From: the human T2T-CHM13v2.0 reference genome, Homo sapiens
Length of the DNA stretch: 64,000 nt
Assembly (NCBI RefSeq): GCF_009914755.1
Contig: NC_060928.1
Direction: 5' to 3' (one strand)
Below are positions 1-16,982 of this stretch, piece by piece (position 1 is the stretch's first letter; the number at the start of each line of letters is the position of its first letter). Below the pieces are notes generated by a model, which made no database searches, was not told the DNA's origin, and was given only the letters and a program-made list of their open reading frames with translations. The position numbers and the translations under genes are program-made.

Positions 1-332
1 TTGTTTATGGCACAGAGTTGCTGTGAGGATCAGGAAACTTGGTTTGGGGAGGCACTTCCTAAGTAGGAGGTGACTCATGTGTAATCACTTACTATAAGAA
101 TGGATACATTGGGAGTGACTAGTCCTAGGATTTGCTTGTGGGAGATATTTAGCCATCAGAGTAGTTGCCTCACAGATTGCTATTCCAGGAGGAATAGACT
201 TTGGCAGTTACCATGATAACAAACACCCAAGCATTTATGGCAAATATGATGTAATTAAAGTTGATTTAAAGAAAGGGCAGTTTTTCTGTTTTCCAGGTGA
301 TGTTTTAATGTATGCTCTTAAATTCACTGCAG

Positions 333-429
333 GCATCAACTCAATTGTGGCCATTGCATCATACACTGGATATAATCAGGAAGACTCTGTTATCATGAAT
401 CGTTCAGCTGTAGACCGCGGCTTCTTCAG
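333..429 (+). CDS. POLR2B: POLR2B internal coding exon ([33 protein letters not shown])
   Basis: CAG acceptor ending at 332, GTTAGT donor at 430; encodes the conserved RPB2/beta-subunit GYNQEDS motif. Confidence 0.97.
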
Positions 430-919
430 GTTAGTATTTTGTAAATTTGTCAAAACACAGATACAGTGGAAACACTAATTTTTTATGCAAAAAAAGTTCT
501 TAAAATACAGTTTAACTACACCGCACTCCAGAAAGTGGAAGGACTGGTTGATGGTCACAAACAGCTGAAGATACTACTTGTATCTCTCAGGATTTTCAAA
601 TGCTAGTATTTTGAGCCTTTCTTTTGGTAAGGAAATATACAGTTGCATTTAGATAATATAGAAATGTCCAAAGAAGAAATAAAAATAACTTAGAATCCAT
701 AGATAACTATTGTTAAAATTATAGTGTGTTTTCTTTTCGCTCTTTTTTTCCATTATGTTTCAGTTTGATTGTCGACAAACAGACCTCAAATTCAAGGCAT
801 ATAAAGATTGTTTTAAAAACTGGGAATTTAGTAGAGGGGATGGATTTTCCTTTGTCTGTGTAGTTTCAAAGGGTAGCACTAGAACTCAGAGGACAGATAC
901 TATGGCTTAATGTAAAAAC

Positions 920-1233
920 TTTTTTTTTTTTTTTTTTTTTGAGACAGAGTCTTTCTGTTGCCAAGACTGGAATGCAGTGGTGCAATCTTGGCTCACTTGC
1001 AATCTCTGCCTCCCAGGTTTCAAGAGATTCTCCTACCTCAGCTTCCCAAGTACCTGGGATTACAGGCACGCACCACCATGCCAGAGTTTTTTTTTGTTGT
1101 TGTTTGGTATTTTTAGTAGAGACGGGGTTTCACCATGTTGGCCAGGCTGTCTCAAACTCCTGACTTCAGCTGATCCACCCATCTCGGCTTCCCAAAGTGC
1201 TAGGATTACAGGCGTGAGCCACCATGCTCAGCC
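920..1233 (-). mobile_element. Alu, full length
   Basis: Poly-T followed by antisense Alu dimer; flanking AATGTAAAAACTT / AATGTTAAAACTT target-site duplication (TSD). Confidence 0.95.
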
Positions 1234-1556
1234 AATGTTAAAACTTCTCACTGGAAGTGTTTGAGTAGAACCTAGGTGACCATCTTTCAGGGTTATTATG
1301 TAATGGATTCTTAAATGTGTCGGAGGTTGGATTCATTGACCCCTGGGTCTCTTCCATTTTGACATATAATACTAGGTGGTTAAGGTTATGGGTCAGATGC
1401 TACATATGTATAACTCATGTGATAACATTTAGAGTTTAACTCAGATCCTTAATGCAGTTACTCTTGTCCCAGATTCGTAGTTTAAATTGTCTCCCAAATT
1501 TCAAGTAAATGAGAAATTGTTGGTATAGTCTCAGCCCTTTTGTTAAAAGAAAATAG

Positions 1557-1685
<129 letters not shown>

Positions 1686-2687
1686 TGACACTAACATTTA
1701 AATGATGGAATCCAAAGTTAACTTACTGTGGTTTTCCTAAGTGATTTTGATGGGTTGTGTCACCCTGTGCCTGCCCCTGTCCTCCTCTCCCTTTTTTTGT
1801 GCAATGAAAGTGTGTTTTCATGTTATTCTTAGAGTTCACATCTAAGAAAACATGTGTATTTGATAAAAGTCTTTGCACCTAGGAGTGAGCTTGCTATAGA
1901 CCTTCCTTCCTGGTAGGTCCTGCATTGAGGAGGGAGTTTAGGAAATCAGAGAGGTCATGCAATTTCTGGGGACACACTTCACACCTGTCCCCCTTCCTTT
2001 CTAAATTATGGTGTGATCATAATATTTGTTCAGCCACATTGTTTGTAAACATTTAAAAAATAACCAGTGAGAAGAGGATACCTAGCATTTGTTGTTTCTT
2101 CTAGAAAACTCAAACTTACTTTCTAGTTATTTATTTTGACAGACACTTAAAACCTGCTTATGCAGTGGGATGGATGGGATGTTCCAGGGAAATGCAATAT
2201 CTCTGCTACAGTGTTGACTCTGAATAGCATTGCATGAAGTAAAATGTATTTTGTTTCCTTTGCCATCTTCCTGTTACTCCCCTTCCATTGGGTGGCTCTG
2301 TGTAGTAGTGAATTGATGTCCAGTGGAGTTAAGATTGAGTTAAGATGAAATCCACAATTTCTGTGGGAGGATGTGTACAGAGGGCATCCATAGATACTCT
2401 CTTTTTAATTTAAAAAAATTTTTCTCCTGTACCCACTGATGGCAGAGATATTCTTTCTCTTGTAATATAGAAATCAGAAGATGACAAAAAACATATCCAA
2501 AGTCACTCGATAAATGTCTGTCATGGAAGAATCTGCTTTCCCAGTGCTGATTCCAATGTTCTTTTCCTTCATAGACTTTTTTTTTTGTTTTCTGTGTGGA
2601 CTGTAGTATTAGAGTTCAGAATAGTTTGTAATATTTGGAATAAGGGTGTGATTCATGGTATAGAGACTCCTGTGGCCTTCTCTCTGA

Positions 2688-3035
<348 letters not shown>

Positions 3036-3095
3036 TAGCTAGTTTTAGAAAGTAAACCAAATCCACTTAACTAACTTATTTTTATATGAATTTAG

Positions 3096-3185
3096 GTACG
3101 CTCTGTTAGGATTCCACAGATTGGAGACAAATTTGCTAGTCGACATGGTCAAAAGGGTACTTGTGGTATTCAGTATAGACAAGAG
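3096..3185 (+). CDS. POLR2B: POLR2B exon ([30 protein letters not shown])
   Basis: TTTAG acceptor after an 81-nt intron with a CTAAC branch motif at 3071; GTAGGT donor; conserved [12 protein letters not shown] motif. Confidence 0.98.
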
Positions 3186-3438
3186 GTAGGTATCTTTGAT
3201 CTCCCTCATGCCCAAACCAGTTTTGTTAAATATTTTTTTTTTAATCAAAATTTGCTTTAACTTAAGAGCTCAAAGATGATACAGGTTGAACTTTTTGATT
3301 TTATTGTTGAATAAGTATATGAACATACCATGTTTAAACAGAATTTGGGACATACAGTAATTCAGTTGGGAGAACTGAAATGTCAGTTCTAGTTTAGTAT
3401 ATGTATCTTTGAGTCCCTTTTAAAATTTTTCTTTGTAG

Positions 3439-3576
<138 letters not shown>

Positions 3577-4320
3577 TAAGCTGATGCTTCTTCTAAAACT
3601 CTGATAGGTGATTGCTCTCACATTTGAGCCAGGGTACTTTGTAAAAAGCTAGTGTGAGACTTACTTTTCTGCTTTCAAATTGCTTATGATTCTGCCATTT
3701 TTTTTGGCAATTTGCAAAGTTATGGACAAGTCAGAATTTTTGTGAGATATACTACATTCAACTAATACTTACATATGTGATTTTCCTTTTGACTAGTTCT
3801 TTTCTGTAGATGAACAGTTAATTTGTTGATGGAGAGTTCAATGTGAACTTAATAATTTTATAGTTCTATTATCAGCTCTGCATACATCTTTTGGTGGAGG
3901 TTTTCTATTTTTAAGTATTCTTTTAAGGTAAAGTGGTAATAGTCTAACATATGGATGGCTTGGTTTTAGGGCATTAAAATGTCATTTTCCTTTGAGCCAT
4001 CTGAAGTACTTAGGAGTCTCACTCTTTTTGTACCTGATCCCATGGATCGACTTCTATTTGAATACTTATAATTGAGTTTTTCTTTTTTAAGCAAGTTTAT
4101 TTGTTCTAAATGTTTTGTGTAAGGTTATAAAATGAACCTTATATATCACAGCTTTCCATAACATAGATTTTGAGTTCAAAATCTTTGAATTTTAAAATAC
4201 TTAAAATAATACTTTCAAATTTTAAAAGTATTTAAAAATTTTTTGAATGCATTTTTATTGATATGACTTTTAGGGGGAGACAGACTGAAGCAACATTTTA
4301 AAGAGTACTTTTTTTTTTAA

Positions 4321-4452
<132 letters not shown>

Positions 4453-4494
4453 TAGTAGTAATTTGCCACTTGTTTTTTTTGTATGTGTGTAGTT

Positions 4495-4750
4495 TTATTC
4501 TGAAACAATGTAACCTTTTATTGAAGTATCATATGTGCACATATAGAAATGTACAGCTTGATGAATTTTCACAAAGTAAACACAGCTGCATGACTAACAC
4601 CAAGATCTAAAAATGTGAAGGTAGCGACTGAACCTTTTTTAGTCGCTACCTTTCCACTCCCACCCCAAGCTAATTACTCTCTTAATTGCTAACATTATAG
4701 ATTAGTTCTGTGCTTTAATTTTTATATAAATGGAGTAACACAATATATAC
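4495..4750 (-). mobile_element. Old L1 (L1M-type) 3' fragment
   Basis: TTTATTGAAGTA...GATGAATTTTCACAAAGT...TATATAAATGGA pattern typical of antisense L1M 3' ends. Confidence 0.5.
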
Positions 4751-4765
4751 ACATATCTTCTTTGA

Positions 4766-4975
<210 letters not shown>

Positions 4976-5164
4976 TAAGAACTGTATCATCATCATTATT
5001 ATTAATTAACCTTATATTATGAAAAATGTCAACACACCAAAATGGAGATAGTGGTATAGTGAATGCCTGTGTGCCTGTTACCCCCATTTCAACAATTATC
5101 GACTGATGGCCAGTCTTGTTGCATTCATCTCTGTCCTTCTAACCTTTGATATTATCATCATGTT

Positions 5165-5812
<648 letters not shown>

Positions 5813-5887
5813 CTCTTGATTATTTTTAAGCAAAGCCCAGACATCATATAATTTCTCCTATAAATTTTTCAGTGTATATCTTTAAAA

Positions 5888-8204
<2,317 letters not shown>

Positions 8205-9314
8205 CTCTAAAAGATTAGGACACTAAACCTAACCACAGTACCTCCTTAGTATTAAATATCCAGATTTACATTTCCCTGATTATCACATAAGTTTTTTAAA
8301 GGTTTGTTGGTTTTAATCAGTATACAGATAAGGTCCATGCTTTGCAATTGATTGATAGTGTCTCATAAGTCCTTTTTTGAATTTATTGGTTGCCTTCCAA
8401 CCTTTTTTTTCCCCTTGTAATTTGTTTGTTGAACAACCTGGACTGTTTGTCCAGGGCTTGAGACTGAATTTTGCTGCTTGCATCGCAAATGCTGTGCATT
8501 GCTGTTTTTTGTTTGTTTGTTTGTTTTTTGTTTTTTGTAAATAGATCTTGAGGCTTGAGATTTAGCGTTTGAGTTTTTTGGCAGTAATACTTTATAGGTG
8601 GTATTCTATACTTCCAGTATCTGGTTGCCTTTCTTTTTATGATTTTAGCAGCTATTACTAAAGACCTTAATTAAATGGCGATTTCCAACTGATACCATTC
8701 TATTTTTTCTCAGTCCTTCTTCAGTTTTTAGCCAGACTACTTCTAAAACTTTGTTTCCTCAACTGTTTGGTTACCTAGTGATGTAGTTCTTATAGTAAGG
8801 GCAGGAATAAATGCTTGATTCTCTTTTTTTATTTACCAGTTTTCAAAATAGTGAGCTGGTTGTCTAATGATCCAGATCAGTGGTCCAAAGTCGACCAATG
8901 ATTTTTTTGTTTTGGTGGAATATCATTATAAACCCATTGGTTTTATTTTGTATATTTTGGATATTAAGTATGTTAAGGAAGCCATCACCATCTATTTGCC
9001 TGGCCATCTGAATAATGCATTTATTTCACTTCTTATGTTGGGGAAACCTATTATCATTTACCTGTTCTTTCCATTACTTCAGCCAACATGTATTTATGAT
9101 TTCAAGGTTGATTGCCTGGGACAGTCATTCCATTGACAAGCTGCCTTATTTAGATTGTCTTTTTCATTATTCATTTTTTTAGTATAGAGTTGAATTCTAG
9201 AAAGTTAAATGATAGCATGATGAACCTCCACTCTATGCTTTATTGTGTCTTATGAGGAAAATTAAATGCTCTACTTAAGAATCTAATGTATCCACTCCAT
9301 TTGGGGACCTTCTG

Positions 9315-9443
9315 TTTTTATTTTTATTTGTTAAAAAATAGAGATGGGGTCTCGCCATGTTGCCCAGGCTCCTGAGCTCAAGAGATCCACCCAGTCCACT
9401 TCCCAAAGTGCTGGGATTACAGGGGTGAGCCACTTTGCTTAGC
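9315..9443 (-). mobile_element. Alu monomer (FLAM-like)
   Basis: Single Alu arm; TSD CCATTTGGGGAC on both sides. Confidence 0.85.
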
Positions 9444-9623
9444 CCATTTGGGGACTTTCTAATGCACGTCAAATAGTTGGTAGACTTCTCCTCTCCCCAC
9501 CAATAGAGAGAATGCTAGGGTATAAAAATTAGAGCCTAGTTATCCGTCTTTGCAAATATTATTCTCCACCTTTGCCATTATTCAAGGCGGTGTTTATAAT
9601 AAAAAATAAGTACAAAGTAATAA

Positions 9624-9860
<237 letters not shown>

Positions 9861-10311
9861 TGATATTTGTTTAGAGGAAACTGTGTTGGTCTGATTATCC
9901 AGGCAGAATTAGTGTGGCAGAACAGATTGGCATTTTCACAATTTTGATAGCATGCTTCTGTGAGATTCCTAGTTCTAAATAAGGAAAAGATAATTTGATT
10001 TTTCTAAAAACCAGTTTAGGTTTTAGTGTGGTAATTTCTCTAAGCTATTCATCTTTTGGAAATAATAAGACTTTGTACAAGGGATTTTAAACAATGAGTT
10101 TTTGAAAACCTTTTAGTTGAGGTGGGTGAATATAAATTATGTCTGGCAGAATGGGTAAAATACCAAAGCCTACTAGGAGAAAGAACCACCATAAGCTGAG
10201 GTAGCAGAATGTGTGTTCTCAGCTCCACTCATTTATTCATTATCTACAGTACCAGATCTTTGTCTTTTTCTGGGGTAGAGAAGTGGGGTCACTTCAATAC
10301 AATTCTGCTAA

Positions 10312-10425
<114 letters not shown>

Positions 10426-10530
10426 CTATTTTACAGGAGTCAACAAGATAATTAAATATCTTGGTGTCTTGTTTCTATTGTGTGGCTTTTTAAAAATGAC
10501 AAATATGTACTGTGTTGTGATAAAAAGTAT

Positions 10531-10536
10531 TTTATT
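10531..10536 (-). terminator. IGFBP7 distal polyadenylation signal AATAAA (a more proximal one lies at 10609-10614)
   Basis: TTTATT on + strand at 10531-10536 and 10609-10614, both downstream of the IGFBP7 stop. Confidence 0.75.
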
Positions 10537-10574
10537 TGTTTAATGATATGCATGCTTTTCTTCTGTAAATATAT

Positions 10575-10580
10575 AATAAA
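10575..10580 (+). terminator. POLR2B polyadenylation signal AATAAA
   Basis: Canonical hexamer about 150 nt after the stop, with TGTA upstream and GT/T-rich sequence downstream. Confidence 0.8.
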
Positions 10581-10753
10581 TTTTTGTAGATAGTCTTGAT
10601 GTGTGATCTTTATTTTGTATTTCTCTGTGTAAAACCAGTGAATATAACTAAAGTGTTAGTGGATTGGATTAAAAGAAACTTATTAGGCAAGAACAGGTAA
10701 TGTAGTTATCCATGACTACTTTTAACCATGCAGACTAATAATATTCTGGAGGT

Positions 10754-10773
10754 TTATAGCTCGGCACCTTCAC
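10754..10773 (-). CDS. IGFBP7: IGFBP7 exon 5 coding part ((G)EGAEL*)
   Basis: Minus-strand poly-T plus AAACAG acceptor; reads GT GAA GGT GCC GAG CTA TAA, the known C-terminus. Confidence 0.95.
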
Positions 10774-11862
10774 CTGTTTAAAAAAAAAAAAAGATAAAAA
10801 TTAGTTACATATGGGGATGTGGTTGACTTTTGAATTGGCAGGTAGTTGAGTGTTTCCAAATAAATGAAGATGTTAAAATATGGGGATAAAGGATATATGA
10901 GTAATTGTATAAATGATATGCTGGAGTGCTCTGTGGAACTCAAGTTACATGATTTTAGCTATGAAAGGCAATTTTGCTGTATTGGTTGATGCATCAAAGG
11001 TACATCTTATTATAGAACTGGAAGAGCACATTTCACAATGAGATTCAGAGAGGTTAAAGACCTTTCCTTTGTAGTCCGGATCTCCTTCAAAAGGTAAAGT
11101 GGAGGAATAATTAGTAGCAGAGCTGAGACTCAAACGCATGGCTTGACTCTTAGCTACTGTTCTGTTTCATTGCCTGACATTACACATTATGGCTGAAGAG
11201 AATCTGACCAAATACTTCTTTACTTAATATTTCTTTTCATATCACAGCTGAGTGATCTGCACAGTGGAATGGTTTGACACATGGTGACGGTAAATTTTGT
11301 TCTTTTGTCTAAGGGAAAGCCAATTCAGACATCAGTTTCATAGAACTATATAAATGTAAAGTAGCACTGCTATGACACAGGATGGGTTCTTCAGAGGAAG
11401 CTTTTTGGCAGTGAAGGAAGGGGAGGCAGAACAGAACTGGGTATTTGCCAATATACTCTCCTTTGTGGCCTTTTCTTTTAAAAGCAAAAGTGAAGGGCGA
11501 TAATTGCCCACAATCATTTTCTTTTAAATAGGAATTTAATAGTCACAACACAAAGGGAAAATGCCAAGTAGATAGGTAGAAAGCTATGGGAAATAGAAGC
11601 CATTCCAGGCAAGTTTGATTTTGACTCTTACATGTTAGATAAGGTAAAAGCATCTAAGTCATAATAACGATGTTCAGTCACCCATCCAGATAATCTTTTG
11701 GAGTCTCATGCTGTACATTTTAATGGCATACTTAATGCCCTTATGGGTTGCTAACTACAGAATTTCATCAATAGCTACGTCTGATACTTTCATACTTAGT
11801 TCTGTTCTTTTTAAAGCAAATGTACTAGTCATTTTTAAATGGCTGTGAGATTTATTGTGTAC

Positions 11863-11989
11863 CTTTTTTCACTGGTATTTCATGTAAGGCATCAACCACT
11901 GTAATTTTTGCTGATGCTGAAGCCTGTCCTTGGGAATTGGATGCATGGCACTCATATTCTCCAGCATCTTCCTTACTTAGAGGAGATAC
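11863..11989 (-). CDS. IGFBP7: IGFBP7 exon 4 (VSPLSKEDAGEYECHASNSQGQASASAKITVVDALHEIPVKK), end of Ig domain
   Basis: TTCTTTCACAG acceptor, GTACAC donor; Ig I-set DxGxYxC motif. Confidence 0.97.
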
Positions 11990-12631
11990 CTGTGAAAGAA
12001 AAAAGATCTAGTATTCCTCTGTGGTGGTCTTCTCTTTTGTCAGTGGTTCCAGTGAGGTCATTATTTCATAAATTTCCTAAGATGACCAGGGGATTCATAG
12101 CAAAGGTACTGCTAGAAGCAGTGCAAGTCCTGTGATAGGAGACTTCGATAACTACCATATTTGGTTTGCTGAGGATTCATATGAGGAAATGTCATGGACA
12201 ACTTTTGATCATACTGCATAGGTTAAAAACTGGATAGGTACACATTATCGGTTTAAGGGCAACCTTGATAAGGGTATATGATCAAAGTATTCTCCATGAA
12301 TATCCAGGGTCAAGTAAAATAAGGTATTTATTAATCGATAATCAGTTAAAACAATGCTTGGGCCACGCAGCTCCGTGTGAGGATTTTGCTTTGAACTCTT
12401 AGGAAAATACTAGTTCTTGTTAATTCATTGGTTGTTTTCAAAACATGCAATAAAGCACTTTTCCTTTAGTTTCTCTGAAAGAGGAGCAGCGACTCCATGG
12501 TAAGGCTATTCCAAACAGATGTGGAAGAGCAAGCACCTTTAGGCTGGCGGTACATCAGGCACCTTTGCCAGGTCTGCTTATGTCTAATGCTAAGAATGAA
12601 ACTCTTGCCAGCTCTTGGTACTGGTACTCAC

Positions 12632-12748
12632 CAGCACCCAGCCAGTTACTTCATGCTTTTCTGGGCCACCCCGGGTCTGAATGGCCAGGTTGTCCCGGTC
12701 ACCAGGCAGGAGTTCTGTCCTTTGAACTCCATAGTGACCCCTTTTTAC
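12632..12748 (-). CDS. IGFBP7: IGFBP7 exon 3 (VKRGHYGVQRTELLPGDRDNLAIQTRGGPEKHEVTGWVL)
   Basis: TTTTTGCAG acceptor, GTGAGT donor; 117 nt in frame; lies within ORF 12590..12796. Confidence 0.97.
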
Positions 12749-13278
12749 CTGCAAAAACAAAAGGAGAGTAATACTGAGTTTTGTACACCAGATCATCTAC
12801 TTGGAAGTGGCCACATCCCTACAATTGCACATAGTGTATGTCAGACTTTCTAACAGAGTAAACCCAGCATTTTACTGAACTATTTCCCTTTCCTAAATAC
12901 TTTTAAAATATAGATCCTCTTTTATTTCTTCCTGCCAGTTTCCTGCTAAGCGTACATGTTTTAAACTAATGTATTTTTCTGCATGCCTGGGGAATATACA
13001 TGGTCATAATTTCCTGCCACTGGTCACCATCATTCATTCACTCATGCTCTTGGAAATTCTGCTTCTCAGTTCCAGGCCTTTTGCCTGTCATGCCATGTTC
13101 AACTGATGAACTGTCACCCAGCACTAGGTTTGATGCTTGGGACCTTGGGGCTCTTCCTGCAACAGCTTCATCAATGGAAAATAGGCTGAGACCAAAGCCA
13201 ATACCATTACTTTATTCTGAGGGCTAAGAATTAATCAAATGATTTACTGAACACCTAAGATAAAAAACACCTATCAAA

Positions 13279-13508
13279 GGAGTTCGAGACCAGACTGACC
13301 AACATGACAAAACCCTGTCTCTAGTAAAAACACAAAAATTAGCCGATTGTGTTGGCGAGCACCTGTAGTCCCAGCTACTCTGGAGGCTAAGGTGGGAGAA
13401 TTGCTTGAACCTGGAGGCGGAGGTTGCAGTGAGCTGAGATCGCGCCACTGCACTGCAGCCTGGGCAACAGAGTGAGACTCCATCTCAAAAAAAAAAAAAA
13501 AAAAAAAA
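13279..13508 (+). mobile_element. 5'-truncated Alu
   Basis: Starts at GGAGTTCGAGACC (B box); poly-A tail. Confidence 0.9.
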
Positions 13509-14880
13509 CAGCTGTCAAATACATGTGCTGTCATTGTTCTTTTATGACAAAACTTGCTGACTGTTTCTGTGTATGTCATGTCAAGATTCAGAAGAAACTC
13601 AGTTTCTTTGGTGCAAGGCCAATACTGAATAGTATCCTTTTTGCCCTCATTTTAAAAGGCAAAATGTTTTATTATATAAACTCTGGAAAATATACAAAAG
13701 AATGAAATTCACTTGTAGCTCCTCGATACATATACATTTAGCAGCTGAGTTACAGAGTACAAATATTTTAAGCCTTGTGATAATGGTGAGTTTTAAAAAA
13801 AAAAGGATATACGAATTGTTTGTTCATTCCATCCCAGATCTCCTTTAAGAGCCAACCTGACATTTATTGATATTACCTTTGTAATTAGAAAGGATTTACA
13901 ACCTCAAATAGCTAGTTTCCTTTTCATTTTCTTCTATAATAAAGCAAATCTTAATAAAGACCAGATAATAGTGTGTATATATAGACACCGTATGTATAAA
14001 TATAATAAATATATAAATAAATATATACACTTTATTAACTTCCATCTCAGTGTTGCTTTTCCCATGTGGATCCCACTCCTACCATGTGTTTTTTGGTACT
14101 CTGCTGTTGTGTCGGCTTCAAACCTACACTGTATTTTCTCAGCTTTATGATGCCAGGACTGGGATTCAGCAAACCACATGTGATCTAGGCCAATTCCTGC
14201 TCTAGAAAAAATATCTTGCATGATTTGGAAAGCCTGGCTTTTTGCATTTTTTTTCTGGAATTTTCCCACATTGCCACTATTAGTGAGAGAAAACCACGTA
14301 ACTTAATGTCTTTCTCATAAATGCTGTGAAGACAAACATACTCAATAGGTACCTTTTCCCTTAGTTTCCCAAGTAGCTGGCAGAAACGGTTTATGCTAAT
14401 ACAGCTTTTGAAATAGTTACTTAAAAATGGGTTGTAAGAATATTTTGGTAGAAGTATTAATTTGATCCAAGGTCTCAAGTAATATGACTCTGACCTTTAT
14501 TTACTGAATTTCAGAATCATATGAGTTTTATGTGTGACCAAAGCAAGAAAATAAACACTGCAGCACTGAAATACTGAATCTCAGCAACTAAGCCTCAAAT
14601 CCCATAGCTCTTAGTAACAGCATTTTATGCTAATTAACCTGATCCACTATGGAAAGGGAAATGTATCTTGTTAAATATAATATTTAACAGAAATCACAAT
14701 ATAGATATACTTTATTTTTCCCTTCTTTTCACAAGTGTTGGCATGGCGTATTTTAATTAATGTTACGTAATTATAAAAGGTTATACATCATGTAGAAAAC
14801 ATAGAAAAAAGTGCCAAGAATTTTCATATGACAAATTTTTATATGTCAAACTCTCCCTTATTCGTGTAAGGGGATTCTAA

Positions 14881-15740
<860 letters not shown>

Positions 15741-16814
15741 AGGAGGAGGTGGGGGGAGATTCTCAACTCTTTCTTTATACGTCTTTGGATAATTTCTGCT
15801 TATTACTATTACCTTAGAGGTCACTATTTTTGATTAAAAAATATTCTTAGAGGTCAAGGAAGCCCTAATCTGAAGAAATATTCAGGCAAGAAAAGAATTA
15901 AACAGAGAGCCTCTCCGTCTCAGAAACAAATATTGGGAAGGTGTTTTGCTTTCGCTGTGAGCATCATCTTTGATTTAAAAGGGTTAAGTCAAATATGGCT
16001 ATTTCAGTTCACGTTCCCATTTCAAAATATTGCCCTTCGAATCTTTCTAGGCTAGGAGTTTGCTGAAAGGTATGGGGCTTGTTAAAGCCAGCTTTCCTTA
16101 CTACCAGTAAGGAAAGTAAAGACCACTCGCCAGGCTGTGCCAACCGTAAGAATTGCCACCGTAGTCTCAAGTGTCATGGAGAAAAGGCTTGTACCATTAA
16201 TTCTGCTGTTGCTAAGAATCCTTGAGCAAGAAGGACATGCTGTCTTTATTTGAGCCTCAGTTTCTCTTGTTTTACAAGTGAGGATTCTAATAATCTATCC
16301 AAAAAGGTGTTCTACTCTTAAATTGGATTTGAAACACACATGATAGTAAATATGTTTGTATTCTTAGCAGTCTGGTTACAAGGACAGCGATGAGAAAACA
16401 AATACCCTGTTTAATTATTTAGGTCAGTGACTTCCCAAGTTTCCTTAGTTTTGACATGGACCAAACTATCGTATATCTGGAATATACAAAAGTTTTAGGA
16501 AATGACACCTTCATAAGTGGTAAGTGTGATGCCTTAACATAAGTTCTGTTCTATTTTTTATTTTTTATAAGAACATGGTGGTTGTGATCGCTACATTAGT
16601 TCCAGGAGTCACTGATGGGTCATGGTCTGCAGTGTAAGAAACATTGCTTTGGGTCATGCATGTGGCAAATTACATTATGAAGGTAGAGGAAAACCGGCAG
16701 AGCATCACAGTTGGGTTTTGCTTGTTCTGGAAAGTCTGCAGAAAAAATTGTTTCTTTCCTACTTCCTCTTCACTTCTTTACTTCAGCACCCATCTCGTTG
16801 ACTGACATAGTGGG

Positions 16815-16982
16815 TTTTTTGGTTTTTTTTTTTCAGAGACAGGATCTTGCTCTGTTGCCCAGGCTGGAGTGCAGTGGTGCCATCATAGCTCACTGCAGCC
16901 CCACCTTTTGAGCTCAAGCGATCCTCCCACCTCAGCCTCCCGAGTGGCTAGGGACTACAGGTGCGAGCCACCACACCAGCCT
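16815..16982 (-). mobile_element. Alu right-arm fragment
   Basis: Antisense CCCAGGCTGGAGTGCAGTGG core. Confidence 0.85.

Noticed and set aside
10780-10792. A13 run just past the POLR2B 3'UTR that looks like a poly-A tail
   Set aside because: It is the polypyrimidine tract of the IGFBP7 intron 4 acceptor on the - strand, and may cause oligo-dT internal priming artefacts
12497-12853. 118-aa + strand ORF over IGFBP7 exon 3
   Set aside because: Antisense shadow of a coding exon; no recognisable protein or supporting signals
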